From assembly GCF_963921235.1 (NCBI RefSeq), contig NC_086107.1, forward strand, positions 115,508,001-115,572,000: a stretch of DNA of 64,000 nucleotides, given 5' to 3'. Position numbers and translations under genes: made by a program. The DNA comes from Mobula hypostoma. Taxonomy: Eukaryota. Below are positions 39,140 through 52,324 of the stretch, in pieces. Every line of letters starts with the position of its first letter. Position 1 is the first letter of the stretch. The notes under the pieces are model-generated. The model made no database searches, was not told where the DNA came from, and worked only from the letters and a program-made list of their open reading frames with translations.

Positions 39140-40560
39140 CAAGTGAGAAGTGTTGCTTTCGGGAAGTCAGATCGTGGTACAACACGGACGGGAAGGGCAG
39201 GTGGTAAGGAACATTGCAGAACAGAGGGACGTGGTGTCACAGGTGGAAGGAGGCTTATACGCTGGCTATCATCAGTCGGGGGACTGTGTACGGGGGTTGG
39301 GACTGTATACAGTTTTGCAGTTGTAAAAGTCATTGGTGAGGCTGCGTCTGAGTATTGAGTTCACTTCTCCCCTCTGTATGTGTATGAAGGAATTTTGATA
39401 AGATCACGGATGGGTGGATTAATAGGATAACAGATGACACAAAGATTGGTGGAATTGTGGACAGATAGAGATCAGTTACAGATACGGCGGAGAAATGGCC
39501 GATGGAGTTTAATCCGGACAGGTGTGAGGTGTTACACTTTGGGAGGTGAAATGTAAAGGGACAGGGCACAGTTAATGGCAGGACCTTTAACAGTGTTGAC
39601 CTGCAGAGGGATCTTGGGGTCCCTGTGCACAGCTCCCTGAAGGTGACCACACAGGCTGACAGGGTGGTAAGGGAGGCGAACGGCATGTTTGCCTTTATCA
39701 GACGCGGCTTTGGAGAGGGTGTGGGGGATTTGGAGAGGGTGTGGGGGATTTGGAGAGGGTGTAGGGGCTTTGGAGAAGGTGTGGGGGCTTTGGAGAGGGT
39801 ATGGGGGATTTGGAGAGGGTGTAGGGGATTTGGAGAGGGTGTAGGGGCTTTGGAGAGGGTGTGGGGGATTTGGAGAGGGTGTAGGGGCTTTGGAGAGGGT
39901 ATGGGGGATTTGGAGAGGGTGTAGGGGATTTGGAGAGGGTGTAGGGGCTTTGGAGAGGGTGTGGGGGATTTGGAGAGGGTGTAGGGGCTTTGGAGAGGAT
40001 GTGGGGCTTTGGAGAGGGTATGGGGGCTTTGGAGAGGGTGTGGGGGCTTTGGAGAGGGTATGGGGGCTTTGGAGAGGGTAGGGGGGCTTTGGAGAGGATG
40101 TGAGGGCTTTGGAGAGGGTGTGGGGGCTTTGGAGAGGGTAGGGGGCTTTGGAGAGGATGTGGGGCTTTGGAGAGGGTATGGGGGCTTTGGAGAGGGTGCG
40201 AGGGCTTTGGAGACGGTGTGGGGGCTTTGGAGAGGGTGTGGGGGATTTGGAGAGGGTGCAGAAGATGTTCACCAGGATGCTGTCTGGGTTTGAGGGCTTG
40301 AGCTGGAAGGAGAGGTTGGACAATTTGGGTTGTTTCTCTGGAGCGACAGAGGCTGAGGGGAGATCTGATCGAGGTTTACAAGATCACGAGAGACACAGAG
40401 AGAGCAGACAGCCGGGGTAGCCGGTATCTTTTTCCCCAGGGTGACTGTGTCTGATACTAGAGGGCATGCAGTTCGGGTGAGAGGGGGTAATTTGAAGGTG
40501 TGCAGCACAAATTTTTTACACAGAGAGCGGTGGCTCCCTAGACTGAGCTGCCAGAGGCAG
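39140..40560 (+). mobile_element. Degenerate CR1-type LINE fragments with an internal ~20-bp tandem expansion (39706-40258)
   Basis: GATGACACAAAGATTGGTGG (DDTKIGG), HSSLKVTTQADRVV and ERVQKMFTRMLSG motifs; (GGCTTTGGAGAGGGTGTGGG)n. Confidence 0.8.
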
Positions 40561-40625
40561 AGACAATAGAAGCTGCTAATTACGGTTGTGATGCCCACCA
40601 CCCCCAGGCTCCTGGTGCAGGCTAA

Positions 40626-42225
<1,600 letters not shown>

Positions 42226-42267
42226 GGACTCTCCTAACCTCACCCTTCCCTCTCTGTTCTCTCTCAG

Positions 42268-42278
42268 CAACCAGCTAA
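42268..42278 (+). CDS. atp2a1: Probable terminal coding exon of atp2a1 (...NYLE-A-T-S-stop), continuing into 3' UTR
   Basis: Branch-like CTAAC, long pyrimidine tract and ctctcag acceptor; phase 1 join gives G|CA ACC AGC TAA, analogous to the short stop exon of SERCA1a. Confidence 0.65.
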
Positions 42279-43519
42279 GACAGAGGAACTCGGGCGGACG
42301 GAAGATTAGTATATTGCCGTCTAAAACGGCTAAAGTAACGATAAAGCAAGTAATGCTCGCAAGAATTAAAGGGACAGAGGTCTTTCCATGGACCTTCGAG
42401 GAGCGTTTGGGGTTCAGCCTATGGACGGGAGGGGCTTTTTGTCCATTCCCATTTTGCACACGCTCGAAATTTCACCCTTTCCCCCCTCCTACAAACTCAA
42501 CAAGAACTTACTTATCGCCTGTGAAGACAAAATAGACACAGCGCTCCAACTTTCTCTTGATTCTCTCTGTTGGAAAGATGGGGCACTAGAGAGAGTGGCA
42601 CAAACCTCGCTCCCTCTCTCTCCTCCCACATCCCACAGCTGACCAACCTCGACACCTCCACTTCCCCGTCCCACCTCCTCTCGATTCCCTACACAAGTCC
42701 TGTCAGTCTCTATACTCTGCATCTGCCTCCTTTCCCTTGTGTTCCAGCAAAAAGTGTGGTTCGCCCTCCTGTGTGTCGGGAGCCTGGTTTCACAGGAGAG
42801 GGTGGGGAGGGGAGAGTCAGGGGGGTGAAAGCAGAGGTGGGGTGTGGATGAGTGAGGGAGGGAGGTGTCAGTGTCCTTTGAAGTGGGCAGGCTGCAGTCC
42901 GCCTAACTTCAAAGGGCACTCCCACCCCACCCTCCAACACACCCCACTGACAGCAAGGAAATTTCCCTTGTACCTGCCCTTCAGTGTTCCTATCCCCCCC
43001 TCCCTCATGCAATATCCCTTGCCCACCAATCAGGGTAAGAGCGACCTCCAGTTTCCCCCCTTTTTACACCCTCTCTCTCACCGCCACTCTCCCTTCACCT
43101 TTCCACCCCTTTCTCTCCACTCTCCTCCAACCTCAGCTCCCTCTCTCTACTCCCTCTCTTCCCCCTCCCCCTTCTCTCCCCTTTCTTTCCTTCTCACCCT
43201 CTCTCCACCCACTCTCCACCTTCTTTCCCTCCCCCATCATCCCATCATTCTCTCCATATCCCTTCCCTTCCTCTCCCCACTCTTTCTCATCCTCTCCCCC
43301 CCGCCCCTCACGATAAGTCACAGGAGCAGTATTTGGCCTCTTGGCCCATCATGTCTGTTACACCGTTCAATCATGGCTGGTATTTATTTTGAACTCCATT
43401 CCTTCGTCCTCTCACCATAACCCTGAGTTATCTCTCTCCTCCACTGCTCTCTCCCTCCCTTCTTCCTGTCCAGCTCCCTCTGCTGCAACTCCAGACTGTG
43501 TACCCTGTTCTATAATGAG

Positions 43520-43525
43520 AATAAA
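43520..43525 (+). promoter_or_regulatory. Polyadenylation signal of atp2a1
   Basis: AATAAA followed by a GT/T-rich downstream element, just before repeat-derived DNA starts. Confidence 0.65.
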
Positions 43526-43699
43526 GTACAGCTCGTGGCTTGTTCCTCTGTCTCTGCGTATTTCTCTCTCACCCTCTCTCTCTCTACCGTGTGCTGCTTT
43601 CTACCAGTATTCGTCAAGATCGACCTCCACCACTGCAGATATGGAGGGGAGGATGGTAGATCTCTCTCATTCCAAAGAAATTAAAGTGGAGTTCACTGT

Positions 43700-44200
43700 C
43701 AGCTGCAGTGGTGTAATGAGAAACATATTTGCAGCAACATCGCAGACACATAGCCTCAGGTACACAACATCCACAGGAAGACAGCAATGTAGTGTAAATT
43801 ACGCCCAATTTTTACAGGAAAGAACACACAAAGGTAAAAGACCATTGTATCACAAAGTGGTCAGGGTGTTTCCGTTCGGGGACAGTGACTCGGATTGTGC
43901 TGTTGGTTCAAGAACTGAACGGTTGAAGGGAAGTCACTGTTCCTGAACATGGTGGTGTGGGACGTCAGGCTTCTGTACCTCCTGCCCGATGGAAGCTGTG
44001 GGAAGAGAGTATGGTCTGGGTGGTAGGGATTTTGTTGGTGGACGTTGCTTTCCTGAGGCAGCCCCTCCTGTGAGGACTAGTGATGGTGGGGCGGGATGAG
44101 CCCGTGATGTATCAGGCTAAGTCCAGCACTCTCTGCAGCTTCTTTCGTTCTGAGGCATTCAAATTCCCGTCCCAGACCATGATGCAGCCAGTCAGGACAC
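43700..44200 (-). mobile_element. Rex1/Babar-like non-LTR retrotransposon 3' fragment
   Basis: Minus strand encodes PSGRRYRSL near 43965-43995; boundaries approximate. Confidence 0.6.
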
Positions 44201-44205
44201 TTCTA

Positions 44206-44975
44206 GAATCAAATCAGATTTAATATCACTGGCATATGTCATGAAATTTGTTAATTTAGTAGCAGTACAATGCTGTTATAAAAAAAACTGAATTGCAGTA
44301 AATATATATATGTGTGTGTGTGTGTGTGTGTATATGTTTTGCACTATTTATTTAATATATATATATATATATAGAGTTAAAAATGTGTATTTTAAACCCT
44401 GTATATGTGTATATTGAATAAGTAGTGCAAAAACAGAAACAAACAAAGTATTGAGGGAGTGTTCATTGGTTCAATGTCCATTTAGGAATCGGATGGCAGA
44501 GGGGAAGAAGCTGTTCCTGAATCGCTGAGTGTGCGCCTTCAGGCTTCTGTATCTCCTACCTGACGGTAACAGTGAAAAAAGGACATGCCCTGGGTGCTGG
44601 GGGTCATTAATGATGGACTCTGCCTTTCTGAGACACCGCTCCTTGAGATGTCTTGGATACTGCGGATGTTAGTACCCACGATGGTGCTGACCAATTTTAC
44701 CATTCTCTGCAGCTTGCTTCAATCCTGTGCAGTAACAGTGATGCAGCCTGTCAGAATGCTCTCCACATACATCTATACACGTTTTCAAGTGTTTTAGGTG
44801 ATAAACCAAATTTCCTCAAACTCCAACTGAAGTATAGCCGCTGTCTTGCCTTCTCTATAGCTGCATCGATATGTTGGGACCAGGTTAGATCCTCAGAGAT
44901 CTTGACATTGCTCTCTCTTCACTTCCGATCCCTCTTTGAGGATTGGTATGTGTTCCCTTGTCTTACCCTTCCTGT
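44206..44975 (-). mobile_element. Second Rex1/Babar-like 3' fragment with (TG)/(TA) microsatellites in its 3' UTR
   Basis: Minus strand encodes FSLLPSGRRYRSL...FRNSFFPSAIRFLNG; GATTCT-like tail at ~44206. Confidence 0.7.
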
Positions 44976-45011
44976 ACAACTGCAGAAATTTGTTGAGTTT
45001 TCAGTAACAAG

Positions 45012-45151
45012 CTGGCATGGTAGTAGTGGTTGGCACAACGCTTCACCATACCAGCGACCCGGGCTCAATTCCCGCCGCTGCCTGTAGGGAGTTTGTACGT
45101 TCTCCCCGTGACCGCGTGGGTTTCTCCCGGGTGCTCCGGTTTTCTCCCACA
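45012..45151 (+). mobile_element. tRNA-derived SINE with V-SINE central domain (3'-truncated)
   Basis: A-box-like TAGTAGTGGTTGG, B-box-like GGGCTCAATTCCC (45061-45073), then GGAGTTTGTACGTTCTCCCCGTGACCGCGTGGGTTTCTCCCGGGTGCTCCGGTTTTCTCCCACA, matching the V-domain as recalled. Confidence 0.8.
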
Positions 45152-45498
45152 GAGGGGCATTGACCGTGTGGATAGCCAGAAGCTTTTTCCCAGGGTGAAA
45201 TGGCTAACACGAGGGGGCACAGTTTTAAGGTGCTTGGAAGAAGATACGAAGGAGATGTCAGGGTAGGTTTTTCACACAGAGAGTGGTGGGTGTGTGGAAT
45301 GCACTGCCGGTGATGGTGGTGGAGGTGGGTATAATAGGGTCTTTTAAGAGACTCTTAGATAGGTAGCTGGAGCTGAGAAAAATAGAAAGCCATGCACTTC
45401 GAAATTCTAGGCAGTTTCTAGAGTCGTTTACGTGGTTGACACAACATTGTGGGCTGAAAGGCCTGTAATGTGCTGTAGATTTGTAAGTTCTATGTTCT
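45152..45498 (+). mobile_element. CR1-type LINE 3' end
   Basis: RGIDRVDSQKLFPR and FTQRVVGVWNALP motifs; tail GTTCTATGTTCT. Confidence 0.8.
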
Positions 45499-45849
45499 GA
45501 CAGGTGGGAAGGGGTGAGAAAAGAAAATGTCTAGGTGGCTTCTTTTACACTTCAAAGTACGTTTAATTTGAAAGATGCATGCAGTATACAACTCTGAGAT
45601 TCTGTAACAAAAACAAAGAAAACATCAATGGCACGTCTGGCCAAATCTACACATCATCCCTGTCCATTTGTAATGGCACCGTCTGTCTCGGTCTGAATAC
45701 TTTGCAAATTCACGTACGTATAGGACTGCATTTGTTAGTGACCGCATTTGAAGCTGCTGACGCTTCAGTCCAAAACTCTCAGTGTGGAATGGCAGAAACT
45801 CAGTTGCACAGGGATCATGTCCACAAGTGTGAGTGAGGTCTCTCAACAC

Positions 45850-46730
45850 AGGAGGGAGAGGGAGAGGGGAGAGGGATTGGGGTCACTGAACACGGGAGGG
45901 AGAGGGACAGGGAGGATGTGTGCGAGGGGGAGATGGGGAGAGAGGGAGGGGATGGGAAAAGAGTTGGGGAGGAAATGTATGAGGGGGAGGGGATGTGAGG
46001 GAGGGATAAGGAGGGGGAGACGGGGGCGAGGGAGAGAGAGATGAAGTGGGAGATGGGGAGAGAAAGAGTGGGAGGATATATGAGAGAGGGAGGGGGAGAT
46101 GGGGAGAGGGAGGGAGGGGATGTGTGTGAGGAAGGGGGAGATGGTGAGAGGGAGTAAGAGGAAGGGAGGGAGACAAGGAGGGAAGGGGGAGATGGAGGAT
46201 GTATGTGAGGGGGAGATGGGGAGGAGATGTATGAGAGGGAGTGGGAGACAGGGAGAGAGGGATGGAGAGAAAGGTGAGGGAGAGGGAGACAGAGAAGGAG
46301 TGGGAGACGGGGACAGAGGGGAGAGAAAGAGTGGGAGATGGGCTGAGAGAGGGAGGGGGAGATGGGAGGAGAGGGATGGGGTGGGGTTGTGTGAAAGGGA
46401 GAGGGAAGAGGAGATGGTGAGAGGAGGAGAGGGAGATGGGGAGTGTGGTGTGGATGAAGAAAATACGAGACAGAAAAAGGGATTATGTGAGAGTGGGGAT
46501 CAAGGGAGAGAGAGTGGAGTGGAGAGAGATACAGAAATTGAGTGTTGGGGTGGCAGAGGGGAGTGTGAGAGAGGGAGAGAGAGATAGAGATTGAGTGTGG
46601 GAGAGAGATGGAATAAGGGAATGGGGGAAGGGAGAATGGAGTGATGGCGAGAGGTAGAAAGAGGGATGGGGTGAGGGATAGATGGGGTGTGTGAGGGGGA
46701 TAAGAGGAGAGAATGATATGGGGGTGGGGG
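45850..46730. repeat. Purine-rich (GA) low-complexity tract
   Basis: Almost only G/A on the + strand. Confidence 0.8.
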
Positions 46731-46952
46731 GACCCAGTGATTCATTGGGTGACACCTCCCTCTCCCACCATAGAAGTGGGAGGACCATCAGTGGTCCTCC
46801 AGAGTCCCAGCAAGCCTCATTTCTAAGCGGGCTCCACACCAGAACCCCTCCCTGCTGAGGGGGGCTTTGGAGAGAGCGCGGACGAGCTTCACGGGGATTA
46901 GAGGCTGTGAGCTATCAGGAAAGCCTGTGAAACAGAGGGACCCAGGGGTACA

Positions 46953-47082
46953 AAGGCACAAAAATCTGCAGATGCTGGAAACGTAAACAACTCACACAAA
47001 ATGCTGGAGGAACTCAGCAGGGCAGGCAGCATCTACGGAGAAGAGTCAACAGCTGATGTTTACAGGCTGAGACCCTTCATCA
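46953..47082 (-). mobile_element. Penelope-like terminal fragment with a degenerate hammerhead motif
   Basis: 15-bp TSD GGACC(C/T)AGGGGTACA (46938-46952 and 47083-47097); minus strand reads CTGATGA-AGGGTCTCAGCCT-GTAAAC. Confidence 0.7.
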
Positions 47083-50000
47083 GGACCTAGGGGTACAGGT
47101 ACACAGTTCGTTGAAAGTGGTGTCATAGAACATAGAACAGTACAGCACAGTACAGGCCCTTCGGCCCACAATGTTGTGCCGACCCTTAAACCCTGCCTCA
47201 CCTTAAATTCCTCCATATACCTGTCTAGTAGTCTCTTAAACTTCACTAGTGTATCTGCCTCCACCACTGACTCAGGCAGTGCATTCCACGCACCAACCAC
47301 TCTCTGAGTAAAAAACCTTCCTCTAATATCCCCCTTGAACTTCCCATCCCTTACCTTAAAGCCATGTCCTCTTGTATTGAGCAGTGGTGCCCTGGGGAAG
47401 AGGCGCTGGCTGTCCACTCTATCTATTCCTCTTAATATCTTGTACACCTCTATCATGTCTCCTCTCATCCTCCTTCTCTCCAAAGAGTAAAGCCCTAGCT
47501 CCCTTAATCTCTGATCATACTCCATACTTTCTAAACCAGGCAGCATCCTGGTAAATCTCCTCTGTACCCTTTCCAATGCTTCCACATCCTTCCTATAGTG
47601 AGGCAACTAGAACTGGACACAGTACTCCAAGTGTGGCCTAACCAGAGTTTTACAGAGCTGCATCATTACATCGCGACTCTTAAACTCTGTCCCTCAACTT
47701 ATGAAAGCTAACACCCCATAAGCTTTCTTAACTATCCTATCTATCTGTGAGGCAACTTTCAGGGAACTGTGCACATGTACCCCCAGATCCCTCTGCTCCA
47801 CACTTCCAAGTATCCTGCCATTTACTTTGTACTCCGCCTTGGAGTTTGTCCTTCCAAAGTGTACCACCTCACACTTCTCCGGGTTGAACTCCATCTGCCA
47901 CTTCTCAGCCCACTTCTGCATCCTATCAATGTCTCTCTGCAATCTTCGACAATCCTCTACACTATCTACAACACCACCAACCTTTGTGTCATCTGCAAAC
48001 TTGCCAACCCACTCTTCTACCCCCACATCCAAGTCGTTAATAAAAATCATGAAAAGTAGAGGTCCCAGAACCGATCTTTGTGGGACACCACTAGTCACAA
48101 CCCTCCAATCTGAATGTACTCCCTCCACCACGACCCTCTGCCTTCTGCAGGCAAGCCAATTCTGAATTCACCTGGCCAAACTTCCCTGGATCCCATGCCT
48201 TCTGACTTTCTGAATAAGCCTATCGTGTGGAACCTTGTCAAATGCCTTACTAAAATCCATGTAGATCATATCCACTGCACTACCCTCATCTATATGCCTG
48301 GTCACCTCCTCAAAGAACTCTATCAGGCTTGTTAGACACGATATGCCCTTCACAAAGCCATGCTGATTGTCCCTGATCAGACCATGATTCTCTAAATGCC
48401 CGTAGATCCTATCTCTAAGAATCTTTTCCAACAGCTTTCCCACCACAGATGTAAGGCTCACTGGTCTATAATTACCCGGACTATCCCTACTACCTTTTTT
48501 GAACAAGGGAACAACATTCGCCTCCCTCCAATCCTCCGGTACCATTCCCGTGGACAACGAGGACATAAAGATCCTAGCCAGAGGCACAGCAATCTCTTCC
48601 CTCACCTTGTGGAGCAGCCTGGGGAATATTCTGTCAGGCCCCGGGGACTTATCCGTCCTAATGTATTTTAACAACTCCAACAGTAGTCTGGATGTAGGGT
48701 GTAAGTTGAATCAAGAGTTAAAATCGGCATGTTGCAAAGGTAATGCTACAGTTGTTATGGGGGACTTCAACTTGCAGGTAGACTGGAGGAATCAGGTTGG
48801 TGCTGGACCCCAAGAAAGGGAGTTTGTGGAGTCCCTCTGAGATGGATTCTTAGAACAGCTTGTACTGGAGCCTATCAGAGAGAACACAATTCTAAATTTA
48901 GTGTTGTGCAATGAACCGGATTTGATCAGGGACCTCGAGGTAAAGGAGCCATTAGGAGGTAGTGACCATAATATGATATGTTTTAATCTACAATTTGAGA
49001 GGGAGAAGGGAAACTCAAAAGTGTCAGTATTACAGTTGAACAAAGGGAACTCTGGTGCTATGAGGGAGGATCTGGCCAAAGTTCAATGGAACAATACCCT
49101 AGCAGGGATGACAGTGGAACAGCAATGGCAAGTGTTTCTGGGAATAATGCGGAAGGTGCAGGATCAGTTCACTCCAAAGAGGAAGAAAGATCCTAAGGGG
49201 AGTAAGGGGAGGCCGTGGCTGACAAGGGAGGTAATGGACAGTATAAAAATAAAAGAGAAGTATAACATAGCAAAGACGAGTGGGAAGCCAGAGGATTGGG
49301 AAACTTTTAAAGAGCAACAGAAGGTAACTAAAAAGGCAATACGCGGAGAGAAAATGAGGTACAAAGGTAAACTAGCCAAGAATATAAAGGAGGATAGTAA
49401 AAGCTACTTTAGGTATGTGAAAAGGAAAAAAATAGTTAAGACCAAAATTGGGCCCTTGAAGACAGAAGCGGGTGAATTCATTATGGGGAACAAGGAAATG
49501 GCAGACGAGTTGAACAGGTACTTTGGATCTGTCTTCACTAGGGAAGACACAAACAATCTCCCAGATATAATAGTGGCCAAAGGACCTAGAGTAATGGATG
49601 AATTGAAGGAAATTTATATTAGGCAGGAAATGGTGTTGGACAGGCTGTTGGGTCTGAAGGCTGATAAGTCCCCGGGACCTGATGGTCTGCATCCCAGGGT
49701 ACTTAAGGAGGTGGCTTTAGAAATCGTGGACCCATTGGTAATCATTTTCCAATGTTCTATAGATTCAGGATCAGTTCCTGTGGATTGGAGGGTGGCTAAT
49801 GTTGTCCCTCTCTTCAAGAAGGGAGGAAGAAAGAAAACAGGGAATTATAGACCAGTTAGCCTGACATCGGTGGTGGGAAAGATGCTGGAGTCAGTTATAA
49901 AAGATGAAATTACGACACATCTGGATAGCAGTAACAGGATTGTTCTGAGACAGCATGGATTTATGAAGGGGAAATCGTGCTTGACTAATCTTCTGGAATT

Positions 50001-50452
50001 TTTTGAGGATGTAACTATGAAAATGGACAAGGGAGAGCCAGTGGATGTAGTGTACCTGGACTTTCAGAAAGCCTTTGATAAAGTCCCACATAGGAGATTA
50101 GTGGGCAAAATTAGGGCACATGGTATTGGGGGCAGAGTACTGACATGGATTGAAAATTGGCTGGCTGACAGGAAACAAAGAGTAGCGATTAACGGGTCCC
50201 TTTCGGAATGGCAGGCGGTGACCAGTGGGGTACCGCAGGGTTCTGTGCTGGGACCGCAGCTGTTTACAATATATATTAATGATTTAGATGAGGGAATTAA
50301 AAGTAACATTAGCAAATTTGCCGATGACACAAAGCTGGGTGGCAGTGTGAAATGTGAGGAGGATGTTACGAGAATGCAGGGTGACTTGGACAGGCTGGGT
50401 GAGTGGGCAGATGCATGGCAGATGCAGTTTAATGTGGATAAATGTGAGGTTA

Positions 50453-50667
50453 AACGCAAACAACAGGAATTCTGCAGATGCTGGAAATTCAAGCAACACA
50501 CATCAAAGTTGCTGGTGAACGCAGCAGGCCAGGCAGCATCTGTAGGAAGAGGTGCAGTCGACATTTCAGTCCTGACGAAGGGTCTCGGCCTGAAACGTCG
50601 ACTGCACCTCTTCCTACAGATGCTGCCTGGCCTGCTGCGTTCACCAGCAACTTTGATGTGTGTTGCT
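50453..50667. mobile_element. 215-bp inverted-repeat Penelope-like insert in LINE C
   Basis: Perfect 14-bp TSD TAAATGTGAGGTTA (50439-50452 and 50668-50681); 79-bp inverted arms 50491-50569 and 50590-50668. Confidence 0.85.
50567..50604 (+). ncRNA. Minimal type I hammerhead ribozyme motif
   Basis: CAGUC-CUGACGA-AGG(GUCUCGG)CCU-GAAAC-GUC^GACUG: stem I CAGUC/GACUG, intact core, palindromic ACGU stem III. Confidence 0.75.
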
Positions 50668-51688
50668 TAAATGTGAGGTTATCCACTTTGGTGGTAAGAA
50701 CGGGAAGGCAGATTATTATCTAAATGGAGTCAAGTTAGGAAAAGGGGAAGCACAACGAGATCTAGGTGTTCTTGTACATCAGTCACTGAAAGCAAGCATG
50801 CAAGTACAGCAGGCAGTGAAGAAAGCTAATGGCATGTTGGCCTTCATAACAAGGGGAATTGAGTATAAAAGCAAAGAGGTCCTTCTGCAGCTGTACAGGG
50901 CCCTGGTGAGACCACACCTGGAGTACTGTGTGCAGTTTTGGTCTCCAAATTTGAGGAAGGACATTCTTGCTATTGAGGGAGTGCAGCGGAGGTTCACAAG
51001 GTTAATTCCCGGGATGGTGGGACGGTCATATGTGGAAAGATTGGAGCGACTGGGCTTGTATACTCTGGAATTTAGAAGGATGAGAGGGGATCTTATTGAA
51101 ACATATAAGATTATTAAGGGATTGGACACGCTGGAGGCAGGAAGCATGTTCCCACTGATGGGTGAGTCTAGAACCAGAGGCCACAGTTTAAGAATAAGGG
51201 GTAGGCCATTTAGAACGGAGTTGAGGAAAAACTTTTTCACCCAGAGAGTGGTGGATATGTGGAATGCTCCGCTCCAGAAGGCTGTGGAAGCCAAGTCTCT
51301 GGATGCTTTCAAAAAAGAGATGGATAGAGCTCTTAAAGATAGCGGAATCAAAGGCTATGGGGATAAGGCAGGAACTGGATACTGATCGTGGATGATCAGC
51401 CATGATCACAGTGAATGGCGGTGCTGGCTCAAAGGGCCGAATGGCCTACTCCTGCACCTATTGTCTATTGTGTATAACACCTCCTCTCCCTTAATATCAA
51501 CATGTTCCAGAACATCAACCTCACTCATATTGTCCTCACCATCATCAAGTTCCCTCTCATTGGTGAATACCGAAGAGAAGTATTCATTGAGGACCTCGCT
51601 CACTTCCACAGCCTCCAGGCACATCTTCCCACCTTTATCTCTAATCGGTCCTATCTTCGCTCCTGTCATCCTTTTTTTCTTCACATAA

Positions 51689-52324
51689 ATATAGTTATAG
51701 AATATGAAGACACGTAGCCCCCTTTTATTATCATTTAGTAATGCATGCATTAAGAAATGATACATTATTTCCTCCGGTGTGATATCACAAAAACACAGGA
51801 CAGACCAAGACTGAAAAAAACTGACAAAACCACATAATTATAACATATAGTTACAATAGTGCAACAATACCATAACTTGATGAAGAAGTCCATGAGCACA
51901 GTAAAGTTCAAAGTCTCTCAAATGTCCCACATCTCACGCAGATGGGAGAAGGAAGAAAAACTCTCCCTGCCACACCCCACCATGGTCCGACTCTGAGTCA
52001 TCCGAAAACTTTGAGCTCTGATCAGCTCTCCGACACCGAGTACTGAGCGCCATCACTATCCGAATGATTCGACCTCCTTCTTGGTCGCTAAAAGCAGGCA
52101 AGGCCGGGGATTTTGAGGCCTACCCTCCGAAAGATTACCGACCACACAGAAACGACAGCAGCGAACGGGCATTTCAGAAATTTCTCCAGATGTTCCTCTG
52201 TGCTTTCACGTCCATTCTCCATTGAATCAGAATCGCCACGGCCCCTATTTAACAGATACGATATCATTTTTCACCGGAGAGCTGGGCACGCACGGTGCGC
52301 ACTGCCATCTTCTCCTCCCACCGA
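51689..52324 (-). mobile_element. ~635-bp non-coding insertion in LINE B, probably a non-autonomous retroelement
   Basis: Splits LINE B between ENPKAFF and YVKKKR; minus strand begins GGGAGGAGAAGATGGC and has AATAAA (51724-51729) near its 3' end. Confidence 0.65.

Larger units (their letters stand above)
48683..51475 (+). mobile_element. 5'-truncated CR1 LINE C inserted antisense into LINE B
   Basis: ORF2 motifs MGDFN, GGSDH, GVPQGSVLGP, KFADDTKL, RPHLEYC; (CTATTGT)n tail; AACA duplicated at 48679-48682 and 51476-51479; in-frame TGA at 48838. Confidence 0.95.

Noticed and set aside
45012..45085. tRNA gene
   Set aside because: Degenerate A/B boxes run straight into a V-SINE domain; it is a SINE head
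46732..46750. Short near-palindrome ACCCAGTGATTCATTGGGT with an AP-1-like centre
   Set aside because: Single short imperfect palindrome with no supporting context; compatible with chance
50453..50667. MITE/DNA transposon or pre-miRNA hairpin
   Set aside because: Inverted arms are asymmetric (38 extra bases on one side), the TSD is 14 bp, a one-armed relative exists at 46953, and the hammerhead core fits a Penelope-like origin better
48901..51385. Active RT gene or domesticated retro-gene
   Set aside because: 5'-truncated within the endonuclease, in-frame stop at 48838, and disrupted by the 215-bp insert
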